NCBI RefSeq assembly: GCF_000091665.1
Contig: NC_000909.1
Location: 623,581 to 655,580, forward strand
Source of the DNA: Methanocaldococcus jannaschii DSM 2661
Lineage (GTDB): Archaea > AGJL01 > Methanococci > Methanococcales > Methanocaldococcaceae
Length of the DNA stretch: 32,000 bases
Direction of reading: 5' to 3'
Shown: one piece after another, positions 1 to 9,858 of the stretch
Layout: every line of letters starts with the position of its first letter
Position numbering within the stretch: position 1 is the stretch's first letter
Notes under the pieces: model-generated
The model's input: the letters and a program-made list of their open reading frames with translations, nothing else
The model's database searches: none
Told to the model about the DNA's origin: nothing
Made by a program: the position numbers and the translations under genes

Positions 1-2
1 AG

Positions 3-419
3 GCAAGAGGGGATTTGGAGATAGATGACCACCACACTGTTGAAGATGTTGGAATTTGCTTAGGTTTAGCCTTAAATCAGATTGAAAAGAGGAATATTTT
101 TAGATTCGGCTGGGCTATAATTCCAATGGACGATGCAAGGGCTACTGTAGCGATAGATTTAAGTGGAAGGAGTTATTGTGTAGGAAATTATGAGCCAAAA
201 AGAGAGTTTGTTGGAGACTTAGCAACTGAGAATATAAATCACTTTTTTGAGTCAGTTGCAAGTTATGGAATGCTAAATATCCATTATGAAGTTATTGGAA
301 AGAATGAGCATCACAAGGCAGAGGCTTTGTTTAAGGCTTTTGGAGTAGCTTTAGATTTAGCTACAAAAATTGATGAAAGGAAGGGAGTTATAAGCACTAA
401 GGGAGAGGTTAAGCTATAA
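3..419 (+). CDS. hisB: Imidazoleglycerol-phosphate dehydratase, 5' end outside the window
   Basis: Frame is open to the window edge (the listed start at 15 is an internal TTG). Protein contains the HisB motif [16 protein letters not shown] and the C-terminal [15 protein letters not shown]. Confidence 0.95.
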   Translation, partial: ARGDLEIDDHHTVEDVGICLGLALNQIEKRNIFRFGWAIIPMDDARATVAIDLSGRSYCVGNYEPKREFVGDLATENINHFFESVASYGMLNIHYEVIGKNEHHKAEALFKAFGVALDLATKIDERKGVISTKGEVKL

Positions 420-574
420 AAATTCTTTTTTATCATCTCTAAAAAAATATTTTTAAATCTCTAAAAGAATGTAATTTTAATTATTCAACAAATTTTAACC
501 TTATCTATTTGAATATTCTATCCATAACAGTCTAATTTTACTGATGAAAATAGATTAGATATACAAAAACTTCG

Positions 575-673
575 TTTCCATCCTCCAAGAGGTCTGATTT
601 TAATCTCGGAGACATATTCGACCTATGGAGAGCAGACACTAACTTTCCATCCTCCAAGAGGTCTGATTTTAAT
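575..673 (-). CRISPR. Minimal CRISPR array: two 30-bp repeats and one 39-bp spacer
   Basis: tttccatcctccaagaggtctgattttaat is present exactly at 575-604 and 644-673, separated by the unique 39-nt segment 605-643. On the minus strand it reads ATTAAAATCAGACCTCTTGGAGGATGGAAA, closely resembling the known Methanocaldococcus ATTAAAATCAGACC...GGAATGGAAAT repeat family. Confidence 0.87.
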
Positions 674-1095
674 AGGAGACTTATCCACAATATAATTTAT
701 ACGACTCTCCTAATATTTAAGCTTTTCCATACCTTATTTTTCTAAGGTTAAATAACCATCTTATAATATAAACCTTTTAGTATTTAAATCTTTTCTCCCT
801 TTAATAAAACAGAGTATTTTTATCTTTCTAAATTCAAAAATTTAACTTATTTGTTAGAGAAATTTTATTTACTTGCCTAATTAATCTTAATTTTTAAAAA
901 TCCAAATAATTTAATTAAGTTAAATATTCTAAACAATCAAACCAGCAAACCCTTAGAAATTAAATTTAAAACCTCTAAATAAATAAATAATTCCTAAATA
1001 CTCTCATTTCTAAATTCCAAACTTATACAACAAGACAATCCATAAACCAAATAACAAAATTAAAAATCCTAAAACCCTAATAATAAATTATAAAC
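674..1095 (-). promoter_or_regulatory. Putative CRISPR leader / long-repeat (LR) segment
   Basis: About 420 bp of very AT-rich DNA without a credible ORF, on the leader side of the repeats. Size matches the roughly 400-bp LR segments described next to short repeats in M. jannaschii. Confidence 0.55.
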
Positions 1096-1113
1096 AAATA
1101 TTCTATAAATGTC

Positions 1114-2256
1114 TTATTCTTCATTTTCCATTAAGCTAAAATCTACAACATCTCCCTTTTCACATCTTGTAACTACAGAAGCAATAATATTCTTTGAAAA
1201 CAAAATGGCATTTGTTGGTTTTATAAAGGTAAAGACAGCTTTAAAGCCCTCATCTACTAAACCAACATTCTCAAGCTTTAATATCTTTGCGTTGTTTATT
1301 GTTGCCATTCTCAAGATATCCTTTGGTTCTATGTGGTAGAGCTTATAAATGAAGTCCATTTCTTTAAATATTGAAGGAGAGTTTGCCATAAAGTTATCTG
1401 TTCCAATCCCAACCAATAAGTTGTCGTTAAGCTCATTCAACTTTGGCATTCCTACATTAAAGGATAGATTAGCTCTTACACAAGCAACAACTGGAATATT
1501 ATTTTCTTTTAATAGCTCTAAGTCATTATCTGTTAAATGTGTCCCATGAACAATAAAATCTGGTTTTATTTTTAAATCTATTAATCTCTCAACCTCTGTC
1601 ATACCATATTTGTTTAAGCTGTATTCCACAGCCCCCCTATGCTCAGCTGCGTGTATGGCAAATAATTTCTTATCATCTTTTTCTTTAAACTTCTTAAAGA
1701 TTTTAAAAATCAATTTTAGCTCATCATCTTTAAACTCATTAGCCCCACTTAGCCCTAAACCATTAGAGACTTTTAAAACTTCTTCAATCTCATCTTTATC
1801 AACCTTTATAGGCCTTCCTAAGATTATTGCCTTTGGATAATCATAGCATTTTAAAGCTTTATTTAATAGACTAATCCCTCTTACTCCATTTTCTCTAAAA
1901 TCACAAAAATATTTTATTCCATGCTCTCTCATATCTCCTAAACCAAGTTTCATGCCTTCAGCTAATAAATCATCGCTACACTCAGTCAAATATCTATGCT
2001 TTAAACCATTTGGGGGTTTCACCAACTCATCCAAAGTTTTATTAATCCCTATGTCCTTTATACTATTATCAGCTATGTGGGTGTGGGCATTTATAAGGGA
2101 AGGAATAACAAGCCCTTTAAATTCAATAACTTCTCTCTCATTATGTTCATCCGTGAAACCTTTTATTATGCCTTCTTCAATAATTAAAGTTCCTTTTCTT
2201 AGCTTAAAGTCCTCCCCATATAGAAATTGGCTTTTTAATAGCAAAAAGACCACCAT
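1114..2256 (-). CDS. Amidohydrolase / metal-dependent hydrolase family protein
   Basis: 380 aa with GLVIPSLINAHTHIAD, HAAEHRG, HGTHLTD and VGIGTDN motifs, in the order expected for the amidohydrolase fold. Confidence 0.85.
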   Translation of the reverse strand: MVVFLLLKSQFLYGEDFKLRKGTLIIEEGIIKGFTDEHNEREVIEFKGLVIPSLINAHTHIADNSIKDIGINKTLDELVKPPNGLKHRYLTECSDDLLAEGMKLGLGDMREHGIKYFCDFRENGVRGISLLNKALKCYDYPKAIILGRPIKVDKDEIEEVLKVSNGLGLSGANEFKDDELKLIFKIFKKFKEKDDKKLFAIHAAEHRGAVEYSLNKYGMTEVERLIDLKIKPDFIVHGTHLTDNDLELLKENNIPVVACVRANLSFNVGMPKLNELNDNLLVGIGTDNFMANSPSIFKEMDFIYKLYHIEPKDILRMATINNAKILKLENVGLVDEGFKAVFTFIKPTNAILFSKNIIASVVTRCEKGDVVDFSLMENEE

Positions 2257-2269
2257 TGGGGTTTAATTT

Positions 2270-3244
2270 ATGATTGATAATAAACTAAAATTAGTAATAA
2301 AAGTTGTATTGTTAATATTTCTCTTACACTCTCTTATGTCAATTTTTAATTTAGAGACGTATATTAAGATACTTGCCAAATATCAAAATCAAATAATGAT
2401 TATAGCTATCATCATCTTATCTGGACTTATTATCGTAGATATTGCATCGGAGGTATTTAAAAAGTATGCAAGAACGAGAGAGGAGAAAGCTGGGGAATAT
2501 TTAACCTTAAACTATATCTTCAAATATCTTGTTTATGTTTGTGTTACTTTAATGATTTTTGGCGTTATCTACCAAAATGTCTCATCATTAGTAGTTTCAG
2601 TTGGTTTAATTGGTGCTGCTGTAACATACGCTTTACAAAAGCCAATTTTAAACTTTGCTGGATGGATTATCATCCTATATACAAGAACAATAAAGATAGG
2701 AGATAGAATTTTTATTAAAAATATGGGAGCTGGGGATGTATTTGATATAGATACTCAACACATTTACTTAAGTGAATTAACAACAGACACCTTTGAACCA
2801 ACAGGAAGGGTCTTAATTATTCCAAATTCTTATATATTCACCGCCTCAATAGAAAACCTTACAAAAGGGTCTCCATATATTTGGGATAACATAGTTGTGC
2901 ATTTTACACTAAATAGCAATATAAACAAGGCAGAAAAAATTGTTTTTGAATCAGCAGATGAAGTTATTGGAAATTTAATGAGAGAACTTTATGAAAAATG
3001 GTCTAAGAGAAAATATCTCATTTCAAGGAAGTTATCTGATAAACCAGTTGTAAGAGTTGGAATTACAAGGAGTTCTTTTTATATAAAAGCACTTTATCTT
3101 GTGAATGTTTATGAGAAAGCAAAAATTAGAAGTGAAATTAACAAGAGAATTTTAGAAAAAGTAAATAAAGAAAATGATGTAAAATTGGCTTATCCACACA
3201 TTAAAGCGGTTATTGAAACAGAAAACAAATTTAAAAACACGTGA
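2270..3244 (+). CDS. Mechanosensitive ion channel, MscS family
   Basis: 324 aa with N-terminal hydrophobic helices, then [36 protein letters not shown] and [11 protein letters not shown], typical of the MscS TM3/beta domain. Confidence 0.9.
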
Positions 3245-4485
3245 TTATTATGCTTTCAGAATACTTGGAGGAGTTTAAAGAGTATTTAGAAAGATTTAAA
3301 AATATAGACATCAATTTCTCAGATGTATTAAAAATGTCAAAAAAATTTATTATTTGGAGATTGAAGCAGATTTTTGGAGATAGTTCAACGATTTTTACAA
3401 ATATTAGTTCAGAAATAACCATATTTGATAAGATTTTTCAAATGATTGATTATGATATTGATGGAGAAGTTGAGAAGAGATTACCCAAAGATGAAAGTAG
3501 ATTTATGATTGGAGTTAGAAGGGAAAAGGAGATTGAAATAAAAAAAGAAATAATTACAAATCTTTTAGATTTCCTTTTAATTATATTATTATCCCATACT
3601 CCATATTTTAATGCCTTTGTAAGAAAATATGCAGAAATAAAAAAAATTAAAGTTATTAAAAAACTTCCAAATAAAATCTCTGTCTGGGAATTTATAAAAA
3701 TTGCTTCAAGGTCAAGAATCAACGATTTACACTTGGAGAGATTAGATTTAGAAAATGGTTTTGTAGATATAACTAAAATTAAAGAAATTTTTGCAAAAGA
3801 AATTATTAGAGTAGAGCTAATGAAACTTGGGGAAAATATAAAAAAAAGAAAATTACCAGATGATAGTGTAGTAAAAGAATTATTAAATGAAATTAGTGAT
3901 TATCTAAAAGACAAGGTTAAATATGAACAAATAAGTGGTATTAAAGCATTAAACTATAAAGGAAATATCCCGTTAGAATGGCACCCTCCATGCATCAGAG
4001 GAATTTTAAATGACATTTTAAGTGGTGGCTCACCCTCACATTACGCAAGGAGGAGCTTTGTTGTATATTGGTTTTGCGCTAAATTCAACCCTAACTTAAG
4101 ACCTTTAGATAAAAATGGGAATTTGGTTAATGTTTCAGCTACAGACATCGCCTCTGAGGAAGAGATTGAGAGGTTTATAGATGAACTTATTGAGATGTTG
4201 TTTAAAAATGTTGAGGACTTTGATGAGAAAAAGACAAGATACTATATTATGCACAATATTGGCTATAAGGTAGGGCATGGAAGATTAACTCACTGTGAAT
4301 ACTGCAAAAACTGGCAAGATGATGGTGGAAAGGGATTAAGTTATTATTGTAAGCCAGACGAATTGTGCAAGAAGAAATTTATCATTCATCCATTGGATTA
4401 TCTCTGCTACAATATAAATAAACATTTGAAGAAAGAGAGATTTAAGAAGATAAAGAAGGAGGATAAAAATGGAGATAATAAATAA
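3241..4485 (+). CDS. priL: DNA primase large subunit PriL
   Basis: 414 aa. C-terminal Fe-S domain [42 protein letters not shown] and CEYCKNW...[12 protein letters not shown] at 3241 or ATG at 3250 could be the true start. Confidence 0.93.
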
Positions 4486-6253
4486 ATTCTTAGATTTAGA
4501 GGCTTTATTATCACCAACTGTTTATGAAAAGTTAAAAAATTTTGATGAAGAAAAATTAAAAAGACTAATTCAAAAAATTAGAGAATTTAAAAAATATAAC
4601 AACGCTTTTATTTTGTTAGATGAGAAGTTTTTAGACATCTTTTTACAAAAAGATTTGGATGAAATAATAAATGAATATAAGGATTTTGACTTTATATTTT
4701 ACTACACTGGAGAAGAAGAAAAAGAAAAACCTAAAGAAGTAAAAAAAGAGATTAAAAAAGAAACTGAAGAGAAAATAGAAAAAGAAAAAATAGAATTTGT
4801 TAAGAAAGAAGAAAAAGAACAATTTATAAAAAAATCTGATGAAGATGTTGAAGAGAAATTAAAACAACTAATTTCCAAAGAAGAGAAAAAAGAAGATTTC
4901 GATGCTGAGAGGGCTAAAAGATATGAACACATAACAAAAATAAAAGAGAGTGTAAATAGTAGAATAAAATGGATAGCTAAAGACATCGATGCCGTGATTG
5001 AGATATATGAAGATTCAGACGTGTCTGGAAAATCCACATGCACTGGAACTATTGAGGACTTCGTTAAATACTTTAGAGACAGATTTGAAAGATTAAAGGT
5101 TTTTATTGAGAGAAAAGCTCAAAGAAAGGGATATCCTCTAAAAGATATAAAGAAAATGAAAGGACAGAAGGATATTTTTGTCGTAGGAATCGTTAGTGAT
5201 GTTGATAGTACAAGAAATGGGAACTTGATAGTTAGGATTGAAGACACCGAAGATGAAGCAACGTTAATTCTGCCAAAAGAAAAAATCGAAGCTGGAAAAA
5301 TACCTGACGATATTTTGTTAGATGAAGTTATTGGAGCTATTGGGACTGTTAGCAAATCTGGAAGTTCAATATACGTTGATGAAATTATACGTCCAGCATT
5401 ACCACCAAAAGAACCAAAGAGAATTGATGAAGAGATATATATGGCATTTTTATCTGATATTCACGTTGGAAGTAAGGAGTTTTTGCATAAAGAGTTTGAA
5501 AAATTCATCAGATTTTTAAATGGAGATGTTGATAATGAATTAGAGGAAAAGGTCGTTAGCAGATTAAAATACATCTGCATAGCTGGGGATTTAGTTGATG
5601 GGGTTGGTGTCTATCCAGGGCAGGAAGAGGATTTGTATGAGGTAGATATTATTGAGCAGTATAGAGAAATAGCAATGTATTTAGATCAGATTCCAGAGCA
5701 TATAAGCATAATCATCTCCCCAGGAAACCACGATGCTGTTAGACCAGCAGAACCTCAACCAAAACTGCCAGAGAAAATAACTAAGCTATTTAATAGAGAT
5801 AACATCTACTTCGTTGGAAACCCATGCACTCTCAACATCCATGGCTTTGATACTCTATTATATCACGGCAGAAGCTTTGACGACTTAGTTGGACAAATAA
5901 GGGCTGCAAGTTATGAAAATCCAGTAACTATTATGAAGGAGTTGATAAAAAGAAGGCTATTATGTCCAACTTATGGAGGAAGATGTCCTATAGCTCCAGA
6001 ACATAAAGATTACTTGGTTATAGATAGGGATATTGATATTTTACACACTGGGCATATACACATCAACGGTTATGGAATTTATAGAGGAGTTGTTATGGTT
6101 AATAGCGGGACATTCCAAGAGCAAACAGATTTCCAGAAGAGGATGGGTATTAGCCCAACACCTGCAATAGTTCCAATAATAAACATGGCTAAGGTTGGGG
6201 AGAAGGGGCATTATTTAGAATGGGATAGGGGAGTTTTAGAGGTTAGATATTAA
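4469..6253 (+). CDS. polB: Archaeal DNA polymerase II (PolD) small subunit DP1, 3'-5' exonuclease
   Basis: 594 aa with a calcineurin-like phosphoesterase core: LSDIHVGSKEF, IAGDLVDGVGVYPGQ, SPGNHDAVRPAEPQP, LYHGRSFDD, HTGHIHINGYG. Charged linker near aa 80-150. Confidence 0.95.
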   Translation: MEIINKFLDLEALLSPTVYEKLKNFDEEKLKRLIQKIREFKKYNNAFILLDEKFLDIFLQKDLDEIINEYKDFDFIFYYTGEEEKEKPKEVKKEIKKETEEKIEKEKIEFVKKEEKEQFIKKSDEDVEEKLKQLISKEEKKEDFDAERAKRYEHITKIKESVNSRIKWIAKDIDAVIEIYEDSDVSGKSTCTGTIEDFVKYFRDRFERLKVFIERKAQRKGYPLKDIKKMKGQKDIFVVGIVSDVDSTRNGNLIVRIEDTEDEATLILPKEKIEAGKIPDDILLDEVIGAIGTVSKSGSSIYVDEIIRPALPPKEPKRIDEEIYMAFLSDIHVGSKEFLHKEFEKFIRFLNGDVDNELEEKVVSRLKYICIAGDLVDGVGVYPGQEEDLYEVDIIEQYREIAMYLDQIPEHISIIISPGNHDAVRPAEPQPKLPEKITKLFNRDNIYFVGNPCTLNIHGFDTLLYHGRSFDDLVGQIRAASYENPVTIMKELIKRRLLCPTYGGRCPIAPEHKDYLVIDRDIDILHTGHIHINGYGIYRGVVMVNSGTFQEQTDFQKRMGISPTPAIVPIINMAKVGEKGHYLEWDRGVLEVRY

Positions 6254-6277
6254 TAAATAATAATTTAGAGGGAAACT

Positions 6278-6958
6278 ATGAAAATAATCCCAGTCATTGA
6301 TTTAAAAGACAAAATAGCTGTGCATGGAAAGAGTGGAAATAGAGATGAATATAAGCCATTAGAGTCAGTTATCTGCAAATCATCAAATCCTATTGAAGTA
6401 GCAAAAGCCTACAAAGAAAGAGGAGCTAAAACTATCTATATTGCTGACTTAAACTTTATAATGGGCAATGGAGATAATTTTGATATTATAAAAGAGATAG
6501 ATTTTATAAACAAGATTGTTGATATTGGAGTAAAGAGTAGAGAGGATTTAGAAACTATCAAAAAAGTTTTAAATAAAGATGATAGGGCAATTGTAGCAAC
6601 AGAGACATTAAAAGATATTGAATTGCTTAAAGAAAAAGATATAGTTGTTAGCTTAGATTTTAAGAATGGGAATCTTTTAAACTACAGCTTGGATGAGATT
6701 TTATCTTGTGTTAGAGATGATACACCACTAATAATCTTAGATATCTCTTCAGTTGGAACTCAAAGAGGGGTTAATGCAGAGCTTATAAAATATGTTTTAG
6801 ATAAAACTAACAATCCGGTGTATGTTGGTGGTGGAATTAAAGGAATGGAAGATTTAGAGCTATGCTATAACTTAGGAGTTGATGCTGTTTTAATAGCAAC
6901 GGCAATACATAAAGGGGTTTTAGATTTAGAGGAGATTATTAATAAGTTTGGTGATTAA
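6278..6958 (+). CDS. HisA/HisF-family TIM-barrel protein (HisA-related)
   Basis: 226 aa: MKIIPVIDLKDKIAVHG, YIADLNFIMG, DISSVGTQRG, VYVGGGIKGMEDLE. Shows HisA-type phosphate-binding patterns but is a divergent paralogue. Confidence 0.85.
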   Translation: MKIIPVIDLKDKIAVHGKSGNRDEYKPLESVICKSSNPIEVAKAYKERGAKTIYIADLNFIMGNGDNFDIIKEIDFINKIVDIGVKSREDLETIKKVLNKDDRAIVATETLKDIELLKEKDIVVSLDFKNGNLLNYSLDEILSCVRDDTPLIILDISSVGTQRGVNAELIKYVLDKTNNPVYVGGGIKGMEDLELCYNLGVDAVLIATAIHKGVLDLEEIINKFGD

Positions 6959-7095
6959 TAAAGTTCTATCAGTTGATGAATTCAATCTAATGAAAAAATA
7001 AACACTACTTTTTACAGAAACATATTTAAAAGATGGTGTTATAGTTGGATGAAGTTGAGGTATAGAACTATTTTATTATTTTTTTGGTGGGTAAT

Positions 7096-7392
7096 ATGAA
7101 TATTAGAGATAAAATTAAAAGCATTAAAAATTGGATTAACTTTATTAAACCAATAATTACAATCGTTGGTATTGTTATCAGTGCCGTTGCATTTACAATT
7201 TCAATTTTATGGGGTATGTTATTTTTAATTCTGTTTTTAATATTAATTACTTTTTCTAAAACCATTAGAAAAATATTAAGTAAAAAAGAACGTTCATATC
7301 AAGGTCTTATATTATCAATAATTGGGTCCATAATTATTATATCAATTATCGTATATTCACACTGTTATATAGAGTTTAAGCTATTAATATAA
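7096..7392 (+). CDS. Small membrane ORF, possibly the N-terminal part of the following gene
   Basis: Hydrophobic: FIKPIITIVGIVISAVAFTISILWGMLFLILFLILITF. The track start at 7084 is TTG; an in-frame ATG lies at 7096. Confidence 0.5.
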   Translation: MNIRDKIKSIKNWINFIKPIITIVGIVISAVAFTISILWGMLFLILFLILITFSKTIRKILSKKERSYQGLILSIIGSIIIISIIVYSHCYIEFKLLI

Positions 7393-7487
7393 TTAAAAAA
7401 ATTATTATAACTACAATATTCACATTATTTGTAGGAGATTTTAATAAATGGATATCTATTCTCTTAATTGCTTATGCTTTTCTTTAC

Positions 7488-8621
7488 ATGTTTGCATTTG
7501 AAGGTTTTAAATGGGAAATTGTTGAAATATTTGATTGGAAAGGGCTTAAAAAATTGCAAACAACTTTTCAAAACTATCTTCTCATTCTCTCTATGATTGT
7601 GTCTATAGCAGTGGTTGTTGCAATAAAAAATTATGATTCATTATGGTCTTTAATAACCAATAGCAGTGACAGCAGTAATTTCCTTACAGTAGGGAGTATT
7701 TTAGCAACTATCTCAGCACTACTTGTATCAATATCTTGGGTTATTATTCAGACATCATCAGATAGATTAAGTAATATCTTAATGTGGATATGGGTTAGAG
7801 ATGTAAGATTTTTAACTTTTGTAGTAATTTCTTTCACAACTGTGTTTTTATTTATTCTTATTTCATTAACACATGTTCAATTGCATGTAATTGACTATGG
7901 AATTATTTATTACGTTATAATGTTAAATTTCTTAATGTATGCTTTATATATAAAAGCATTTGCAAATGTTATAAATCCAAAATATGCAGTCGATTTAATT
8001 TTGAGAGATAAAGATATAGGAGATAAATCAGGAGGCTATGGTGATTTAACTGATGCTGAATCGAGATTATTCGCAGTCTATGAAATTATTGAGAAGAGAA
8101 TTAAAGTGGGAGATGTTTATGCAGTAATAAAATGCTTAAATATGATTAACAAAAACTTTAATAAATACTGGATGTTTATTAAAGATGAAAAACGTGAAAA
8201 ATATCTTAGGGATTTTTTAAGAATTCTTAGTAAATTAAGAGTTGAATATAGAAAAAATTGTTTAAATAGGAAAAATAAGCCATACTCTAAAAAAGGTTTG
8301 GAAGCTTTTAAGAAAACAGAATTTATAGTTTCATTTTACAAAACTATCGAAGAAAAAATTAAAACAAGAGACATTAATAGTATTAATAAATTTTTAAGTG
8401 AAACATACAACAACATTAGCAATTATGAGATGTTCAACGATAAAACATACCTTGAAATATTTGTGCATCATTTAAAAGAATTATTAGAGAAATATGAAAA
8501 AGAAAAGAATGAGAATAAGTTAGATGAAGAGATATTCAACGAACTAAAAGATGAACTCGAAAAACTAATTAATAAATGCAATAATAAACTAAGAGAACTT
8601 GAATCACAAAATAACAACTAA
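7488..8621 (+). CDS. Hypothetical membrane protein with N-terminal transmembrane helices and a long charged, coiled-coil-like C-terminus
   Basis: 377 aa; hydrophobic segments in the first ~180 aa, then Lys/Glu-rich helical sequence. The reading frame is open back to 7380. Confidence 0.75.
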   Translation: MFAFEGFKWEIVEIFDWKGLKKLQTTFQNYLLILSMIVSIAVVVAIKNYDSLWSLITNSSDSSNFLTVGSILATISALLVSISWVIIQTSSDRLSNILMWIWVRDVRFLTFVVISFTTVFLFILISLTHVQLHVIDYGIIYYVIMLNFLMYALYIKAFANVINPKYAVDLILRDKDIGDKSGGYGDLTDAESRLFAVYEIIEKRIKVGDVYAVIKCLNMINKNFNKYWMFIKDEKREKYLRDFLRILSKLRVEYRKNCLNRKNKPYSKKGLEAFKKTEFIVSFYKTIEEKIKTRDINSINKFLSETYNNISNYEMFNDKTYLEIFVHHLKELLEKYEKEKNENKLDEEIFNELKDELEKLINKCNNKLRELESQNNN

Positions 8622-8638
8622 ACTAATCTGGTGATAAA

Positions 8639-9856
8639 ATGGAAAATTATAATGACATCCTTGAAAAAATGTTAAATGGAGAAATAAAGCCATATCAATT
8701 AGATAAAATGTTTGGTTCAAAAATAGCAACTGAAATTAGAAGAAAATTTATTGAAAAAAAGGTTGGGATTGAATTTAAGCATATATGCAATTACTCAATA
8801 GATGAAGAAATGGCTATGAAGAAGAATATAGAAAATATGATTGGAGCTATACAGATTCCATTGGGTTTTGCTGGGCCTTTAAAGATAAATGGGGAATATG
8901 CAAAGGGAGAGTTTTACATCCCATTGGCAACAACTGAAGGAGCTTTGGTGGCATCGGTTAATAGGGGTTGCTCAATAATAACAAAATGTGGGGGGGCAAC
9001 TGTTAGGGTTATAGATGATAAGATGACAAGAGCCCCTTGCTTAAAAACAAAGAGTGTTGTAGATGCAATAAAAGTCAGAGATTGGATTAGAGAAAACTTT
9101 GAGAGGATAAAGGAAGTTGCTGAATCAACAACAAGGCATGGAAAGCTAATAAAGATAGAGCCAATTTTAATCGTTGGAAGAAATCTATATCCAAGATTTG
9201 TATTTAAAACTGGAGATGCCATGGGCATGAATATGGTTACAATTGCAACAGAGAAGGCATGTAATTTTATAGAGGGGGAATTAAAAAAAGAAGGCATATT
9301 TGTTAAAACAGTTGCTGTCAGTGGAAATGCATGTGTAGATAAAAAGCCTAGTGGAATGAACTTAATTAATGGTAGAGGGAAATCTATTGTAGCAGAGGTA
9401 TTTTTAACTGAGAAGGAAGTTAATAAATACCTAAAAACCACTTCCCAAGCTATAGCTGAAGTAAATAGGTTAAAGAATTATATAGGTTCAGCAATAAGCA
9501 ATTCAATGGGATTCAATGCCCATTATGCAAATATCATTGGGGCAATATTCTTAGCTACTGGGCAAGATGAGGCACATATAGTTGAGGGTAGTTTAGGAAT
9601 TACAATGGCTGAAGTTGAAGATGATGGATTATATTTTTCAGTAACTCTCCCAGATGTTCCTATTGGGACTGTTGGAGGAGGAACAAGGGTTGAAACACAA
9701 AAAGAGTGCTTAGAGATGCTTGGTTGCTACGGAGATAATAAAGCTTTAAAATTTGCTGAAATTGTTGGAGCTGCAGTTTTAGCTGGGGAGTTATCTTTAT
9801 TAGGAGCTTTAGCAGCTGGACATTTAGGAAAAGCTCATCAAGAACTCGGTAGATAA
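8639..9856 (+). CDS. hmgA: 3-hydroxy-3-methylglutaryl-CoA reductase
   Basis: 405 aa with IPLATTEGALVASVNRG, GDAMGMNM, AIFLATGQDEAH and TVGGGTRV, all classic HMG-CoA reductase motifs. Confidence 0.97.
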   Translation: MENYNDILEKMLNGEIKPYQLDKMFGSKIATEIRRKFIEKKVGIEFKHICNYSIDEEMAMKKNIENMIGAIQIPLGFAGPLKINGEYAKGEFYIPLATTEGALVASVNRGCSIITKCGGATVRVIDDKMTRAPCLKTKSVVDAIKVRDWIRENFERIKEVAESTTRHGKLIKIEPILIVGRNLYPRFVFKTGDAMGMNMVTIATEKACNFIEGELKKEGIFVKTVAVSGNACVDKKPSGMNLINGRGKSIVAEVFLTEKEVNKYLKTTSQAIAEVNRLKNYIGSAISNSMGFNAHYANIIGAIFLATGQDEAHIVEGSLGITMAEVEDDGLYFSVTLPDVPIGTVGGGTRVETQKECLEMLGCYGDNKALKFAEIVGAAVLAGELSLLGALAAGHLGKAHQELGR

Positions 9857-9858
9857 TT

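Noticed and set aside
674-1095. Transposon or integrated element next to the CRISPR repeats
   Set aside because: No ORF, terminal inverted repeats or target-site duplication; the leader/LR explanation is simpler.
1109-2266. Short plus-strand ORFs (76, 66, 76, 104 aa) opposite the amidohydrolase
   Set aside because: Antisense shadows of a well-supported CDS.
6961-7080. Possible gene remnant reading roughly LLFTETYLKDGVIVG before stops
   Set aside because: Too short and I cannot match it to a family. It could be chance coding-like sequence in the intergenic region.
4469-9856. Inteins in PolD small subunit or HMG-CoA reductase
   Set aside because: Both proteins have standard length and uninterrupted motifs; no C..HN intein ends are present.
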